From Anaerolineales bacterium (GTDB lineage Bacteria > Chloroflexota > Anaerolineae > Anaerolineales > UBA11579), in contig JARROY010000013.1 of assembly GCA_037383445.1 (NCBI GenBank), positions 1-44,016 on the forward strand: 44,016 bases of DNA, given 5' to 3'. The position numbers and the translations under genes were made by a program. Below are positions 42,282-44,016 of the stretch, in pieces. The notes under the pieces are model-generated. The model saw nothing but the letters and a program-made list of their open reading frames with translations. It did not search any database and was not told the DNA's origin. Numbering within the stretch: position 1 is the stretch's first letter; every line of letters starts with the position of its first letter.

Positions 42282-43541
42282 ATGTTTGACGATGCATATG
42301 AAGTGGTTGCTTTTACCGCAACTCAAATTCCAGATATTGAAGGCCGTACTTATCCAGCTGAACTTGCCGGAAGCGGGTATCCAAGTGGAATCCCAATTTT
42401 CCCAGAAGATCAACTACTCTCATTGATCAAGGAGCATAAAATTGATCAGGTGGTGTTTGCCTACAGCGATGTCCGGCATACGTATGTAATGCATAAAGCC
42501 TCAGCAGTTTTGGCCGCTGGACCCGATTTTAGATTAATGGGTATTAAAAACACTACCGTAAAATCCAGCAAACCCGTGGTCTCTGTATGTGCTGTCCGTA
42601 CTGGTTCTGGAAAAAGCCAAACCACGCGGCGCGTTTCGTTGATCCTACGTGATTTGGGATACAAAGTAGCGGCCATCCGGCACCCGATGCCTTATGGCGA
42701 TCTGGCAAAGCAAGCCGTTCAACGTTTCGCTGATTATTCGGATCTCGATAAACACGAATGCACAATCGAAGAACGTGAGGAATATGAACCTCATATCGAT
42801 AATCACGTCATCGTTTATGCTGGTGTGGATTATGAGCGAATCCTGCGCCAAGCAGAACAAGAGGTCGATATCGTCTTATGGGATGGCGGGAACAACGATC
42901 TCCCATTTTATGAAACAGATTTCCATATCGTGGTTGCAGACCCTCACCGGCCCGGACACGAGGTAGCTTATCACCCTGGTGAAGCCAACGCCCGCATGGC
43001 AGATGTCTTTGTATTAAACAAAGTAGATACAGCTTCCCCAGAGGGTGTGTTAGCAGTACGTGAATCATTGCGGGAATTGAATCCTGAGGCAATCATGATT
43101 GAAGCCGCCTCCCCGCTGTTTGTGGATAATCCAGATGCTATCCGAGGGAAACGGGTGTTAGTGGTCGAGGATGGCCCAACCTTAACCCATGGAGAAATGG
43201 CGTATGGGGCTGGATGGGTTGCCGCGCGCCGTTTTGGGGCTGCTGAGATTGTTGATCCGCGGCCTTTTGCAGTTGGTTCGATCGTGGATACATATAATAA
43301 ATACCCAACCACAGGCGCCGTCCTTCCTGCAATGGGATATGGTGAAAAACAAATGAAAGAATTGGAGCAAACCATAAAGAACGCTGATGTAGATCTTGTG
43401 ATTGTAGGAACTCCAATTGACCTCACTCGAGTGATTGAGATTGATAAACCATATCAAAGAGTTCGCTATGAACTGCAGGAAATTGGACAGCCCACTCTGA
43501 GAACGCTCTTAGAAAATAAATTTGGTAAAAAGGCGAAATAA
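42282..43541 (+). CDS. COG2403-family protein (cyclic 2,3-diphosphoglycerate synthetase-like / predicted GTPase). The 5-prime end is apparently damaged.
   Basis: YEVVAFTATQIPDIEGRTYP, VFAYSDV, VCAVRTGSGKSQTT and RHPMPYGDL. The expected N-terminal Gly-rich segment is absent. Confidence 0.75.
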   Translation: MFDDAYEVVAFTATQIPDIEGRTYPAELAGSGYPSGIPIFPEDQLLSLIKEHKIDQVVFAYSDVRHTYVMHKASAVLAAGPDFRLMGIKNTTVKSSKPVVSVCAVRTGSGKSQTTRRVSLILRDLGYKVAAIRHPMPYGDLAKQAVQRFADYSDLDKHECTIEEREEYEPHIDNHVIVYAGVDYERILRQAEQEVDIVLWDGGNNDLPFYETDFHIVVADPHRPGHEVAYHPGEANARMADVFVLNKVDTASPEGVLAVRESLRELNPEAIMIEAASPLFVDNPDAIRGKRVLVVEDGPTLTHGEMAYGAGWVAARRFGAAEIVDPRPFAVGSIVDTYNKYPTTGAVLPAMGYGEKQMKELEQTIKNADVDLVIVGTPIDLTRVIEIDKPYQRVRYELQEIGQPTLRTLLENKFGKKAK

Positions 43542-43587
43542 TCAAGACCGTTTATAGAGAGATCGGTTCGGTGATCTTCTGAAAATG

Positions 43588-43621
43588 AAATGCCACAGTT
43601 TTTAGTACTGTGGCATTTTTT
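43588..43621. terminator. Bidirectional intrinsic terminator
   Basis: AAATGCCACAG (43588-43598) / CTGTGGCATTT (43608-43618) followed by a T-run. On the minus strand it is followed by TTTCATTTTC. Confidence 0.8.
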
Positions 43622-43648
43622 AGTTCTCTGAGAGAAAAGAAACTTGTA

Positions 43649-43993
43649 TTAGCCAAATTGCTCTTCGATGATATCCTCAAGCTCTTCTCGGGCTTGCTCT
43701 TCACTGATATCTTTTATAATCGCCCACTCTGAGACAAACAAATTTTCTGTATTCTCAAGAGTTTTTTGCTCAAAATCGTTGAGACCCTGGTTTTGTTTTC
43801 GATAAACCAGATCCCTGATGATTTGAGCAGAGGTATCCATGGATCGATCGGATGAAAATTCACTGATCAGTTTTCTGCGTTCATTATGATTCTCTGGAAA
43901 ATTTTCAGGTTGGTCTTTTAGAATTTTTTTAGCTTTATTGAGTTTGTACATGGAGGAAAGAGGGCGAATTCGGTCATTAATCGGGTTATCCAC
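43649..43993 (-). CDS. Hypothetical acidic protein; may extend beyond the right edge
   Basis: 114-aa ORF from GTG 43993. The frame stays open to position 44016, so the true start may be outside the window. I recognise no family. Confidence 0.4.
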   Translation of the reverse strand: MDNPINDRIRPLSSMYKLNKAKKILKDQPENFPENHNERRKLISEFSSDRSMDTSAQIIRDLVYRKQNQGLNDFEQKTLENTENLFVSEWAIIKDISEEQAREELEDIIEEQFG

Positions 43994-44016
43994 TGGGATG
44001 AAGAATGTGCTGTTTT

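Noticed and set aside
42278-42283. A perfect TATAAT considered as the promoter of the COG2403 gene.
   Set aside because: It overlaps the annotated ATG (42282), so it cannot drive that start. No -35-like element lies 17 nt upstream. It is probably a fortuitous hexamer in AT-rich sequence.

Overview
Gene-dense 44-kb chromosomal segment with about 45 protein genes on both strands. I recognised no rRNA, tRNA, CRISPR array, transposase or integrase by eye. Most of the content is housekeeping or cell-envelope related. It includes:
- an alaS-(unknown membrane protein)-ruvX-mltG cluster
- a YbdG-like MscS channel and ogt
- a membrane spermidine-synthase-like protein paired with a TIGR01906 protein
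- an FHA protein, apgM, a sugar-type ABC ATPase and mutS
- a DDAH-like amidinotransferase, a PaaI thioesterase, an MFS transporter and yccF
- a GH25 muramidase with four copies of an unassigned ~65-aa module
- an Nbr1_FW lipoprotein, folC and rlmI
- a membrane metzincin-like protease and LiaF-like proteins
- a metallophosphoesterase + ParB-like gene pair
- a serine hydrolase and a proline dehydrogenase
- a CzrA/SmtB-type repressor with a P1B-2 metal ATPase
- DinB, UbiA and two moeA paralogues, the second fused to a PBP-like domain
- a CheY-like receiver, bcp and a COG2403 (cpgS-like) gene

Gene content and synteny suggest a Chloroflexota-like lineage, but this is a low-confidence inference.

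I found no canonical defence or mobile system. The most unusual signal is the number of indel lesions in otherwise well-conserved genes:
- mutS is split by an internal deletion plus frameshift.
- alaS lacks its 5-prime end.
- mltG has a homopolymer frameshift.
- moeA2 carries a deletion and a perfect 38-bp tandem duplication.
- The cpgS-like gene has a damaged 5-prime end.
- rlmI has no canonical start codon.

These lesions could be the signature of a mismatch-repair-deficient lineage, or they could be assembly or sequencing artefacts. Read-level data would decide between the two.
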